The translations under genes were made by a program, and so were the position numbers. This document shows positions 30,101 through 40,200 of a stretch of 64,000 nucleotides of DNA, piece by piece. The DNA comes from a virus (taxonomy: Duplodnaviria > Caudoviricetes): the IMG/VR virus record IMGVR_UViG_3300046010_000754, positions 1,910 through 65,909 of that record; one strand, written 5' to 3'. The notes below the pieces were generated by a model. It was not told where the DNA came from, made no database searches, and worked only from the letters and a program-made list of their open reading frames with translations. Numbering within the stretch: position 1 is the first letter of the stretch; each line of letters starts with the position of its first letter.

Positions 30101-30544
30101 GACCAAAACGATAAGGTTGCGATTGAGAATTACCTCAACCGTTCACCCGATACTACTGCGCCGTTTACCCCTGCTGCTGGCTCCAAGTGGGCACCCACGG
30201 GCGTGTTCAAGACTGTGGCGGACGAGGCCGAGGCCACCCGTCAAGCGCAAGCTGCGGAAGCTGAGAAGACCCGCCAAGCTGCCACTCGTAACGCCGCTAA
30301 CCAAGCACGCTTGGGCAACATCAACTCCCTGACCAGCATGCTGGCGCAGGCAGGCGACACCGGAGGCCAACAAGTCACGGTAAAAGCTGCCGATCCTGCC
30401 AAGATTGGGTACATTTATGACTGGAACAGCATTTTCGCTAACCCATCACAGGAAAAGATGTTTGCGTCCCCTTTCGCACAGGGCGGCATGGTGGACGGCT
30501 CTGATGATGTAAACGAAGAATTGCTCAAGATATTGAAAGGCTGA
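24110..30544 (+). CDS. Giant Ala/Gly-rich internal virion (ejection) protein with multiple repeat arrays
   Basis: 2144 aa; hydrophobic G/A-rich segments, 71-aa tandem repeats, YEKAG repeats, EF-hand/dockerin-like loop, C-terminal FAQGG. Confidence 0.75.
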   Translation: MSFVVDAIEDVGDAVGDALDWVIDEVIDPVMTTVSNVIESALDNPVKTIAQIAAIATQQYWALPLIEGADVAAKGGDLGDVLEATAKAYVMQEVGSYVGKAAGSYAGTAATEAGASAASAKIAENVVGAAAGSAAVAVVSGQDPVKAFITGGVGAAMPAVLGQVSGFKELPGSAQRVISSAVSAQLSGGNVTAAVIGSTIAASGIVTDALKSFDPDGTKLDNTQRAILTDVLMGTATAAITGGSPSNVIKSAMMKAGSKALGDMATNAFKTATAEATTSYNAASKVADKLDANQAAQATAAKNYNDTAAALQKKIDEQNRLQTAYNNAVAAHNANPSEATANAANAAIATYNSYVTNLNKEYNDTFKPALDKYGGELDSLKQAGAVLTGDYEKAIKAFSTKTDTISDVLDPIYRTSNRAFVEAMDDKFDAEQYRKLNGLGADVDPYEHFLSKGQFEGAPTNNKSAEPIIAAERTRLVTQALESKGVTLATADPAVVSKILDNIDAKYGNNVGAMKAASIQDVISGNTSSINTLVADQQNGVFRVEVRGGSYGEWNKPPTDRFTAPAGTKLASFEAFNNGTASLVYDTKGNPVWIENDPRTAVKSWNPAQGDTTPTVTIVGKRPTEQEKILAMSELTGADAVNGVVSQGMINAAKTLVGWAKDTGNSTVINTAANVIKAGGGFIESINGISALFGAVPKDTAMGKFANALNNIGKAGNTAQYQAAIKDVKDMIGNAKGVGGTLAAIYKGATTYPLEFAAEFIGVEGFQEIAPFLIGGAATTAAKGLALARGVGQQLATRIGNVAGMTSAISTDVIESAGGAAAGAFDEAYKLAIKNGKSEADATKIALDIAQKSGIVSGLVTAASMGLGGGALEKAIFNGKVSGTGFGDALNKLGQAAKTGTQITIKEGVSEAGEEGITQAFLEGQLYKLDPNRDVAANITAAAAFGAIAGGPIAGTAYAGSQAGDVLSNAMMGNPQIASVLETNKGNPAAADAALANLGITDNTIKSNLMNVVDDTNYTSSQEAADTLAKRSDYSFTGDDVTALTGKGTDLTLASRVEAYVDPRVFDLAEVKAAAAAEGYTLTDAEAAKLVGQKDEAAATSAARAEFDPKATNYDEAKSFFTDKGYTPSADEIKQFVGSKAESTQTKAVADYVNPRQVTTEEAKKYLTDLGYKPTDAEVKRFVGQVNEAEQAKAIGTYVDPRMVDEGEVKAAYESLGLKKPTADDLKKLMGQYDETGLTAKATEYLPTARFNSIMAQLDEMSSGGVSQEARDAIDLVRKDLTKSIADTGLEVAKVALKVDNAKADLEKAITTATKGLATPADVDAAIAKIQFPAGLSKEDVSSAIKTYMEANPGLSLEDVATKISEATKGLATSEGVKTEIAAAIKGLATTKDIETAISNIKFPAGITKEDVAAEIKTYMEANPGLSLADVASKIGDATKGLATSEGVKTEIAAAVKGLATTQDIKDAIAGIEFPAGLSKDDVSSAIKIYMEANPGLSIDEVATKIGDATKGLATPEQVKTAIETALTGVATTAEVKTAISDALKTTEGRFDTIDKAIQDLRDAGLTAEDVRATVDKIVGSAGTDKTAATGIYAHIDGVNTKIDNINTLIGAPAEGDTAATGLYAKIAENEAAGMKREEATQKAIADVAADLGTTKADLLKSLGTTEGNLTRKIEGLETALTTTEKNILDRVKEYEKAGLTRDEATQKAIETVAADLGTTKADLLTALGTTEANLTKSMTDLSTQVSDLSTKLGDVETNILSKMADYEKAGIGRDEALSKAIDDVAADLGTTKADLLSQIGTTEATLKEEVGLVETNLGAKIADAKDEVLKELGLAKTGLSEEISASEGRTATKIGDVETNILAKMANYEKAGIGRDEALSRAIDDVSAELGTTRTDILTQIGKTEANLKADLASTKTELKTDIGTAKQEVLDRAAEYEKAGIARDQALQLAQADMAKTLGQGTQQATQSDLDAVINLLQTQGAYDAQYDYNGDRVIDQNDKVAIENYLNRSPDTTAPFTPAAGSKWAPTGVFKTVADEAEATRQAQAAEAEKTRQAATRNAANQARLGNINSLTSMLAQAGDTGGQQVTVKAADPAKIGYIYDWNSIFANPSQEKMFASPFAQGGMVDGSDDVNEELLKILKG
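28050..28700 (+). repeat. Three tandem 213-nt (71-aa) repeats
   Basis: TACATGGAGGCCAACCCCGGCCT at 28151, 28364 and 28577. Confidence 0.9.
28990..29990 (+). repeat. Degenerate helical repeats YEKAG..RDEA...AI.DV.A.LGTT
   Basis: 4-5 copies visible in protein and DNA (CTYGGCACYAC at ~29063, 29258, 29474, 29780). Confidence 0.8.
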
Positions 30545-30546
30545 TC

Positions 30547-31491
30547 ATGGCAGGCTACTACGACGAAGAAACGGGTGCATGGATTGAGGATGAGCTTGGG
30601 GGAATCCAAGAGGAACTCACCAATGAAACCTCCGGCACCGACAGCATGGAGGGGTGGAACTACGGAAACGGCGTATGGACTGACCCCTCGGGCGAGAAGT
30701 ACGACATGAGCTACTTGACTCCCAACGAACAGTTGGACTTGGGTGGCAAGCTGTCAAAGCTGGGGCAGATTGCCGCAAACAAACTGGTCAAGACATTCAC
30801 CCAGCCCAATGGCGACACCGACTGGCGTTCTGTGGCTGGTGCCGTAGGTGGTTTGTACGGTTTGTACAAGAGCCAGCAGAAACCCGAGAAGACGGGCTAC
30901 CAAGGCGGCATCCCTAAGTACGAAGCGGTGCGTGAGAAGGTGGCCAACACCTATGACCCCGACCGCCGTCCGGGTAGCTCAGCGCAAGAGTATTTCACCA
31001 AAACTCGTTTTGGTGCACCCGAGGGTGCCGAAGCCGCTCGCACTGCCGCCAAGGAAGAAGCCGCTGGTCTGGAGGCTCTGAACAAATCCAACCCTGCCCG
31101 TCAAGAGCGTGCGGTGTTGCAAGCTGGTGCTGAAAAGAAGGAAGCGGAAAAGAAGGAAGCAGTCAAGCCTGCTTCCTCTGTCATCGACAAACTACCCGTG
31201 CCAAAGTACGCATCCGGTGGCATCGCTGATATGGCCAAGGGCCGATATTTAGGTGGCGCAACCGATGGTATGGCTGATAAAATTCCAGCACGAATTGGCG
31301 GAAAACAAGAGGCACGATTAAGTCATGGTGAGTTCGTTATTCCCGCAGATGTTGTTGGGCACCTTGGCAACGGTAACTCTGAAGCGGGTGCCAAGCGCCT
31401 GTACGAAATGATGGATCGAATCCGTCAAGCACGCACCGGTACGACCAAGCAGGGTAGACAGGTCAACCCCAACAAATTTTTGCCCAAGTGA
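30547..31491 (+). CDS. Internal virion protein with C-terminal DG.AD.IPA...LS.GEFV domain
   Basis: 314 aa; YASGG...DGMADKIPARI...RLSHGEFVIPADVV. Confidence 0.72.
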   Translation: MAGYYDEETGAWIEDELGGIQEELTNETSGTDSMEGWNYGNGVWTDPSGEKYDMSYLTPNEQLDLGGKLSKLGQIAANKLVKTFTQPNGDTDWRSVAGAVGGLYGLYKSQQKPEKTGYQGGIPKYEAVREKVANTYDPDRRPGSSAQEYFTKTRFGAPEGAEAARTAAKEEAAGLEALNKSNPARQERAVLQAGAEKKEAEKKEAVKPASSVIDKLPVPKYASGGIADMAKGRYLGGATDGMADKIPARIGGKQEARLSHGEFVIPADVVGHLGNGNSEAGAKRLYEMMDRIRQARTGTTKQGRQVNPNKFLPK

Positions 31492-31499
31492 GGTAAGAC

Positions 31500-32417
31500 A
31501 TGGCAACAGCACCATCTTCAGGAACTACCGGCTCTGCCGCTGACACCGGAGTCGGCCAACAAACCGGCACCGAGTCGTCTCTCTCCAACTGGGCAGGGCC
31601 GTATGTAACGGACATGCTGGGTCGCGGTCAAGCACTGGCCAACCAAGACTACCAAGCCTACGGTGGCCCAATGACTGCGGGGGAGTCTGACCTCCAGAAA
31701 ACCGCGTTCCAAGGTATTGCTGGCCTGACCATTCCTACTGACCAGATGGGTGCATTCACCCCTCAACAATTCAGTGCGGATGCTGCCGAACAGTACATGA
31801 ACCCCTACCTGACTGCGGCGCTCAACCCGCAGATCGAGGAGGCCAGACGCCAGTCGCAGATTCAAAATCTGCAAAACCGCACCGCCATGACCAAAGCTGG
31901 CGCGTTCGGCGGTGGCCGGGGTGCCTTGATGGAGTCCGAGAACCAGCGCAACCTGCTGCAAAACTTGTCAGGCATCACCGGCAAGGGCTACTCAGACGCC
32001 TACACACAGGCGATGAACCAATTTAACGTCGAGCAGGGCCGTGGCCAAACAGCGCAAGACGCCGCCAACACTTACGGTCTGGCCGCGCTCCAGAAGCAGG
32101 GCGAAGCTGGCCAAGTCCAACGCGACATCGAGCAACAAGGTATCACCGCCGATGTCAAAGAGTTCGAGACCCAGCGCGAGTTCCCGTACAAGCAGGTGCA
32201 ATATCAGCAGTCGCTGCTCCAAGGTTTGCCCCTTGCCGCACAAACGTACTCGTACTCACAACCCAGCGCACTGTCTGAGATTCTCAGCGGCGGTGGTGGC
32301 CTCATGGACTTGTATGATCGTTTGTTCCCAGACCCCAGCAAACCGGCAGCAACGACGGCACCTAAATCGTCCGGTACGACAGGCACCGGTTCTGGCTCAA
32401 CTACGACCACGGGATAA
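31500..32417 (+). CDS. DNA ejection/transfer protein
   Basis: Q/G/A-rich; YMNPY...AGAFGGGRG motif typical of podovirus ejection proteins; GAGG RBS. Confidence 0.72.
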   Translation: MATAPSSGTTGSAADTGVGQQTGTESSLSNWAGPYVTDMLGRGQALANQDYQAYGGPMTAGESDLQKTAFQGIAGLTIPTDQMGAFTPQQFSADAAEQYMNPYLTAALNPQIEEARRQSQIQNLQNRTAMTKAGAFGGGRGALMESENQRNLLQNLSGITGKGYSDAYTQAMNQFNVEQGRGQTAQDAANTYGLAALQKQGEAGQVQRDIEQQGITADVKEFETQREFPYKQVQYQQSLLQGLPLAAQTYSYSQPSALSEILSGGGGLMDLYDRLFPDPSKPAATTAPKSSGTTGTGSGSTTTTG

Positions 32418-32426
32418 GGACACAAC

Positions 32427-34262
32427 ATGTCAGTACCAAACGCTACACCGCAAGGTCTTGCAGGACTCATGCAACAACGTCCGCAAGCCCCGCAAATGCC
32501 CACCCCCGGAAAAGCCAGCCCCATGGCTGGGCTGGGGAGTGTGGACGACCGTGTTTCCGCCTACCAAGGCAACACCAAGCCGCTGGAGCAACGCTATGCG
32601 ATGACGCAGGACTTGCTCGATCTGTTGGCACTCCAAAAGATCAAATCGCAAAAGGAAGCCGCCGCTCGTCAGATGCAGTTGCAGATGGCCCAGCAAGGCC
32701 AGCAAGACGGTCAAGCCAACATGACTGTGGCGCAACAGCGTGAGCAAGAGGTTGCCGAGATGTCCAAGAACGAGCTTGCACAGCAACGTGGGGATACTGC
32801 GCAGAAGCAGACGGGTGATCAACAGGCCATGATGCAGAAGTTGATGGGTGGTATCGCTGGGGCTCCCGGCGCGAACGCCGCTGCACAGCCAAAGATGTTT
32901 GCTTCAGGCGGCATCATTGGGTACGCTGGCCCTCAAGGTAGCAGTGTAGAAGACCCCCGTCGCAAACGCTTGGAAGGCGAAAGCCTGCCCGAATACAATC
33001 GCCGCATGCTGGAGTTGGATTTACAACTTAGCAAAGAAGGTACGGCGTCACGTGAGTCCGCACGGGAAGCGGAACGGCAACGGATGTTAGCCGAGCGTGG
33101 GGGTGCGGCGATCCCGCCGAGTCGTTTGTTTGCCCGCAAGCCACTTGAGTTGCCCGGTGCCGCTGGCCCACTACCAACTGCTCCGGCCCCCGCACGCCCG
33201 CCCGTATCCGAGGCGCAAGCAACTGCCGCCGCTGGCCCTCAAGCTGCGGTGCCTCCTACCGCCGCCCAACCCCCTCGCCCACCTGCGCCTCCTGCTGCTC
33301 CCAAGCCACCCGCACCTACCGGTGGACTTCCTACGCTGCCCGGTGCTGCTGGCCCTGCCGCACCCGCTGGCCCTGCCGCCCCCGCTGCTCCATCCTTCGG
33401 CGACCGGTTCAAGAAAGCCTCTATTGACGCGGCTGAGTTGGACAATATGCAGCAAGGCCGCACCGAAGAAGCGCGTGTTGAGAAACGTATGGCCCTCACG
33501 CCTGAACAACGTGGTGTGTACGACGAAGGTATTGCAGGGCTGCAAGGTATGTACCAAGAACAGTACGACCCCGAACGCATGCGCCGTGAAGGTATCAAAC
33601 GCGCCCTGATTGGCGCTGGTGGTCGCCGCTATGGTGAACTCGGCGCTGCTGCTGGCGCGGGTATGGCATACGACGACCGGATGCGTGCTGCCAAGCTCAA
33701 AGAGTTCGGCGATGTGCAGAAGGCCCGCACCGATCTTATTGGCATTGACCGTGCAAACGTCAAGAACGCTATTGACGCTGGCGCAGCGGTGGCAAAAGAA
33801 GGCGCAGCAACCAAGCGCCAAGGACTTGCTTCTTCCGCCAATGCGTACAGCACCGATGTAGGCTCCAGCGATAAAGCCCTTGACCGTGAAGTTGAACGCC
33901 TCAAGGTGGCTGCACAAAACGCAGCTACTGCCGCACAACGTGAAGGTTTATCGCAAGACAAGAACCGAAATCTTTACTTGATGCAACTTAACAGAGTTGA
34001 GCAATTGGAACGCAATTTGGATAAGGATTTTGCATCGGGCCCATTGGGTATGTTGTTGATGCAAGACCCTGCTAAGTTGAAGCCCGAAGACAAAAACCGT
34101 CTGGAAATTGCTAAACTGGAACTTGAGCAGAAGAAAGCCAAGATTCGTAGGGACATGGAGCCTGTCTTGGCGGACGTGCGCCGGACGCTTGGCATATCAG
34201 ACGCTAAGATGTCAAAGGAAGAAGAAGCGGCGCTCCAGCGTAATCTGAACCGAGGAAAATAA
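32427..34262 (+). CDS. Internal virion/ejection protein with Pro/Ala-rich linker
   Basis: 611 aa; Q-rich N-terminus, FASGG motif, PA-rich linker, coiled C-terminus. Confidence 0.7.
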   Translation: MSVPNATPQGLAGLMQQRPQAPQMPTPGKASPMAGLGSVDDRVSAYQGNTKPLEQRYAMTQDLLDLLALQKIKSQKEAAARQMQLQMAQQGQQDGQANMTVAQQREQEVAEMSKNELAQQRGDTAQKQTGDQQAMMQKLMGGIAGAPGANAAAQPKMFASGGIIGYAGPQGSSVEDPRRKRLEGESLPEYNRRMLELDLQLSKEGTASRESAREAERQRMLAERGGAAIPPSRLFARKPLELPGAAGPLPTAPAPARPPVSEAQATAAAGPQAAVPPTAAQPPRPPAPPAAPKPPAPTGGLPTLPGAAGPAAPAGPAAPAAPSFGDRFKKASIDAAELDNMQQGRTEEARVEKRMALTPEQRGVYDEGIAGLQGMYQEQYDPERMRREGIKRALIGAGGRRYGELGAAAGAGMAYDDRMRAAKLKEFGDVQKARTDLIGIDRANVKNAIDAGAAVAKEGAATKRQGLASSANAYSTDVGSSDKALDREVERLKVAAQNAATAAQREGLSQDKNRNLYLMQLNRVEQLERNLDKDFASGPLGMLLMQDPAKLKPEDKNRLEIAKLELEQKKAKIRRDMEPVLADVRRTLGISDAKMSKEEEAALQRNLNRGK

Positions 34263-34263
34263 T

Positions 34264-37200
34264 ATGGACTTTCAGACCGCGCTGGCCGCGATGCGTAACG
34301 CAGAAGCGGCGGGTAACTTTGAGGATGCCAAAACACTGGCGCAACTTGCACAGCGCCTCCGAAATAGTTCCCCCGAAGAATCTGATCTTGAGTCCCGCCT
34401 GCAACAGTTACGCGCCGAACGTGAGGAACTGCTCAAGCCAAAACCTACTGTCGGTGGGTATGCCAAAGAAGCCTTCAAGGGGTTGGTACCCGGCGCGATT
34501 GGTCTGGCCGAAACCGCAGGAACTGGCATCGCATCCATGCTGCCCGACAGCACGGAAAAGGCCGCACGCGAGAAAATCAAAGAGCTTGCCGGTCTCGCCA
34601 AGAAGCCGTTTGAAGCCGCACCGGGGTATGAAGATTCGGTCGTGCGTAAGCTGAGCGAAGGCTTGGGCTCAACACTGCCGTTCTTTGCCGCTGGCCCGTT
34701 TGGTCTGGCTGGCCGTGTAGCCGCTGGTGGTCTGGGCGTTGCCGCTGGCGCTGGTGAAGCACGTGAGTCCGCTGAAGCCAAGGGTGCTACTGCTGACGAA
34801 CGCCGCGCCGCCACCCTGCTGGGTGCACCTACTGGTCTGCTCGACTTGCTGGCACCACAACTTGGCCCACTCAAGAAAGTCTTGGGCAAAGAACTTAGCT
34901 CAGTTCAGTCCTTGATGGGCACCGCCGTAGCACGTGGTGGTATTGAAGGCGCAACGGAAGCTGCGCAGAAGATTGCACAGAACCTGATTGCCAAGGGCGT
35001 GTACGACCCAAGCCAAGAGATTCTCGTTGGCTCAGGAGAAGAAGGTGCCTATGGCGCTGGAGTCGGTGCACTGGCCAGCTTGATTGTTGACATGACCATT
35101 GGCCGCAAGGCTCGTCGTGCATCGCTGGGTCTGGACAAAGAAACCCCCGAAACCGATACCAAACCCAAGACTCCCGAACAACAACTGTTGGGGTACACCG
35201 CCGAACCATTCACCCCTGTGGCGTTGCCTGACGGCTCTGTCATCACGTCCAAAGCCGAATACGACGAGTACGTTAAGTCCAAAGAAGGCACCGCACGTCA
35301 GCGTGAGGAAGACCTCCGCACCTCCGACCCATTGGCTGCGCTGTCGTCATTTGATCGTACCCTTGCACGCCGTGGCAAAGAAGCCGCGCTGGAAGAAACA
35401 TTCAAGTCTCAAGAGCCTGACTTGCTCGGCGAGCTTACCCCCGCACGGGAGCGGGTCGAAGAACAGCCCAAAGCCGAGGAAGACCCCTTTGCCGTAAAGC
35501 GGGACGACAAGACCCGCGACATGATCGACGAGTTGGAAACCCAACAAGTTGAGGAGTTGTACGCAAAGGACGAACGCGCTGCCGCTGAAAAAGAGCGCCT
35601 GAAGTTTGAGTCCGACCTTGCCGAACTGACTGGCAAGATGGAGCGTAAGCAGGAGAAAACATCTGAGGACAACCGCCTTCAGTTGCTGCTGCCGATTGTC
35701 GAGTCCAACGTCAAGAACATCCCCAAGGTGTTTGTCACAGAACTCAAGCGTGCAGGTTTTACCAACACCAACCTGACTGATCGTGAGCGCAACCTCATCA
35801 ACCGTGCCTACGATATTCGTCTGGCCGAGGAGCCCGTGGCTGAAGCCGAACAGGAGGTGCAAGCCACCGAGGGGCAGAAGAAAGAACTGCGTTCCATCGA
35901 GTCGTTGATCCCTGAAAAGAAGCCACAGCGTGCACAGGAGCAGATGGGTTTCCCCGGCATGGGCAAGCCGAAGGGTGCCGCACCCCAAGCCTTCTCCGAG
36001 GAGGAACTCGCGTCTCAGGAAAAGCCATTCACTGGCCGCTCTGACGAAGCCCCTCGCTCGTACACATCCACAGCACCGTTCCAAACTGTGCTGACACCGG
36101 AAGTGCTGACCGCCGCTGGCCTGCCCAAGCAGTCGGGCTTCTACAAGCAGTTGCTGAACATGGACATGGCCGACACCGCTCAACAGCCGGTCGTCGCAAA
36201 CATCTTCGGGCGTATCCGCACCAACCCCAACCTGTCTGCACCTACCAAGGATGCCGTAGAGAAACTGGCGATGCAGGCGTTTGGCGGTTTGGCCAAGCAA
36301 GGTGACATGTTCGTACCCGCCAAGCCAACCAAGGCTGCTAAGGAGGACAAGAAAGATGCGACTGCAACAAAACCCGCAGCCGGAAAATCCGCTGAACGAG
36401 GACGTGATAAGGACGCAGGAGATGTCGCTGGAGGAACTGGAACTCGCGCTGAAGATCGCAAAGAGAGCGGTCGAAAGGACGAGCGCACTGGAGCCCCTGC
36501 TGATACCAAGCGAACTGAAGCACCTAAGTCCGCTGGACTGGGAGATCGTGGGAAACCTGCTGGTGACGCTGGAAGTCGAGCAAGCGTGGAGTCGGGTGCA
36601 CTGAAGAAGACCGAACCCAAGACCGAGGCTAAGACAAAATCTACCGTTGATGTGGCGTGGGGGATGCTCCAACGTGCGGAAGCAGCCCAGCGCGAAGCAG
36701 ACGAAGCCGCTAAGGGTAAACCCGAAGCCAAGACTGAAGCCAAGGGCAAAGCCAAGACCGAAGCTAAGCCCAAACCTAATGCAAGTTTTGGTGCATACGG
36801 CCAAGTGATGGAAGCAGAGAGTAAATCCGATGCGCTCGACTATCTGGCATACGACATGTACGTGGCCATGTTCGAGAAGTTCAAGCTGCTCACCCGTGTC
36901 AGCACGCTCAATGACATCAACGCACAACTGCGCGAAGGCAAACTCCCCGGTGAAGTTGCGTTCGGTCGTGAAGGTACAACGTCGATTGTCCCGCTGAGCG
37001 GTGGCAAGTACGCCAAGACGTTCTACGAATCCCTGTCTGCCGCCGACAAGAAAGCGCTGGCCCGAAAGATGGCAGACTACTTTGGCAAGTCTGAAACTGA
37101 AGTCCGCCGTGGAATCGAAAGCGCCAACGCTGCCCAAGCACTGTCCCGCGCCAACGTCGAGCAGTTCAAAGGCGATGAGTTGGAACTCGCACGTGACGCT

Positions 37201-40200
37201 GTTGTACTGTCCCTGCCCTTGCACCCTGCCATCCGTAAGGCGCTGAAGGCTGGTGATCTGCGCGGTGCTCTGACCATGCTGGGCTCGCAGAACCTTGGCC
37301 GTGCATCCGAAGTCGCCAAGAAATTGGCTGGCGCAATCGGCAAGACCAAGATCGAGTTGGAGCCCATGCTCCTCAACGCCGAGGACATTCCGGTCGCTGG
37401 CCTGTACGACCCCAAAACTGACACCATCAAGCTGGACGCGCAGGAAGGTATGAACCTTCACGTGCTATTACATGAAGCGGTACATGCTGCTACATCACAT
37501 GTCATAGATAACAAGTCACACCCTGTGACTAAACAACTCACCGAGCTTTACAACAACGTCAAAGACTCGCTGGACACAGCGTACGGCGCACAGTCGTTGG
37601 ACGAGTTCGTCGCCGAAGCATTCAGCAATCCTGAGTTCCAGCAGAAGTTGGCGGCAATCAACCCCAAGGGTGAGGCGATCACTGCATGGCAACGCTTCAC
37701 GCACGCCATCCGCAACTTTGTACGTTCCCTCATGGGGAAGGATACCAAGGGCATGGGCTCCGCACTCGACGCTTCGGACTCCATGATCGACGCCATCTTG
37801 TCGCCTGCCCCTGAGTCTCGCGGCGCTGGCTCGCTGTACTCGGCGGCTCTGTTGGGTAAGGGTGCCGAAGTATTCAAAGGCATAGACAACCGAATCCTGT
37901 CCATGCCGGTAATGAACAACGACACGATTGCACGGGTGTACGACATGGTGCGTAACGCACCGCAGACTGTCAAGAAAATCATCTTGCGCAGCCTGCCGCT
38001 GAACGTGCTGACCGAGGTCGCATCCAAAGATGTTCCCATGGCATCCAAGCTCAACGAGTTGGAGCGGCTGTGGAACGGTGCAAAAGACAAGCGCATGCGT
38101 GAGACCAACGCCACCATGTCGCGCATCCAGAACTGGGTGAAGGGTAACCCTGAGAAAGAAGTTATCCTGAACAACGTCATCGCCACCAGCACGCTGGAGC
38201 AGGTTGACCCCTCCAAGTCCCGCGCCGACTACAAGGGCAAGCAGTCCGAGAGCGGTGCAGACAAGCAGAAGATTTGGGATGAGTTGCAAGCCGAGTGGAG
38301 CAAGCTCGGCCCTGAAGGTCAAAGCGTCTACAAGCAGATGCGCGACACGTACAAGAAAACGTACGAGGACTTGCTCGATCTGTTGATGAAGCGCATCGAC
38401 GACTCCGTTGAGAACAAGGAAGATGCCAAGAAACTGCGCACTGAGATTTATCAGCGCCTTGCCACCAAGGGCAAGATCGAGCCTTACTTCCCCCTGACAC
38501 GTACAGGTGACTTCCGTCTGTCGTACGACCTCAAGGGCGAGCACTACGTCGAGCACTACGAGACATCAGTTGCGCGTGAGCGTGCGATCAAAGAGTTGGA
38601 AACCGCTGGCGGGGCCAAGAATGTGCAACGGTTCAAGGGCGGCTCCAAGCGCACCTACAAGGATGCACCTTCCACCTCGTTCGTGAACTCTATCTTGCGA
38701 ACACTTGAAGCCAACAAAGTCGATCCAGAAGTGACCGATGAGATCATGCGTACGTTCTTGTCAACACTGCCTGAGTCGTCATTCGCTCAAGCGTTCCGCG
38801 CTCGTAAGAACACCCCCGGCTTTAGCTTCAACGCAACGGGCGCGTTCTACTCACGCTCCATGAGTATGGCCCATCAGTTGCCAAACATGGAGTACAGCGC
38901 CAAGGCGTACAAACTGCGCGACGAGATCGACGAGTACGCCAAGAAGAAGGGCGACGAGCAGACCCGCCTCGTGGCCGACGAGTTGAACAGCCACATCCAA
39001 ACGCTGGTCAGCCCCAACATTGCGCCGTGGTCTAAGGGCGTGACCTCGTTGGTATTCGGCTGGACGCTGGGCCTCAACGTGTCGTCCGCTGTGGTCAACA
39101 TGTCACAGGTGCCGTTGGTGATGTTGCCTTACCTTGGGGGTAAGTACACCTACCCCGAAACCATGAAGGCCATTGGCTTCGCTACCAAGGTGTTCATGGG
39201 CAGTGGCCGCAAGCGCATGGTCAAGATGACGGTGCCCACCGCTGACGGTAAAGAAACCATCGAACAAACAGGTGGCTTCTCGCTGGACAACTACGACTTT
39301 GATGCCAAGGGCACCCCGCCAGAAATCAAACGCCTCAAAGAGTTGTCAGAGATCGCCGACAAGTACGGTTTGCTCGACCGCTCCATGACAAGCGACATGC
39401 TCGACATGAACGAGAAGGCGTCCCCGCTCGACCGAGTTAACGCATGGTCTGGGTTTATCTTCCACCACGGCGAGCGCATGAACCGCCAGATTTCGCTCAT
39501 CGCTTCCTACGAGCTTGAGCTTGGCCGCATGGCCAAGGAAGGCAAGAAAATTGATGCCGCCGCACGCACCGAAGCGGCCAAACGCGCCGTGGAGATTGCC
39601 GAGATCATGAACGGTGGTGCGTCCGCAAGTAGCGCACCTTTGCTGGCAAAGAACTCGCTGGGCAAGATCATGTTCATGTACAAGCGGTACGGTGTGACCA
39701 TGTACTACATGATGTTCAAGACGGCCCGTGAAGCCATGAAGTCCGAAGACAAGAAAGTCCGCGATGCCGCCATGCGCCAGATCGCCGGTATCTACGCATC
39801 CGCTGGCCTGATGGCTGGGGTGCAGGGTCTGCCGATGTTCGGTATCGTCGCCGCTGTCTACAACATGTTCAAGGACGACGACGAGGATGACTTTGAAACC
39901 GCCGCACGTAAGTACCTCAAGGAAGGTATGTTCAACGGCGCGGTCAACTACTTCACTGGCACGGCTGTCGCCAACCGTATCGGCTTGTCCGATCTGCTGA
40001 TCAACAGCACGGGGTACAAAGAGCAGGACAACGCGATCTTGTCGTTCTTGCAACTCGTGGGTGGCCCAGCATACGGCGTAGCCGACCGACTGGTGCAGGG
40101 TGCCAAGCTGATCAGCGAAGGTGAGACTCTGCGTGGTCTGGAGCGCATGGCCCCCTCGGGTGCGGCCAACGCCATGAAGGGTATTCGGTTTGGGACTGAG

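Noticed and set aside
35347-37461. 704-aa ORF on the - strand
   Set aside because: Antisense shadow of the 2115-aa gene caused by codon bias; no RBS or recognisable motifs.
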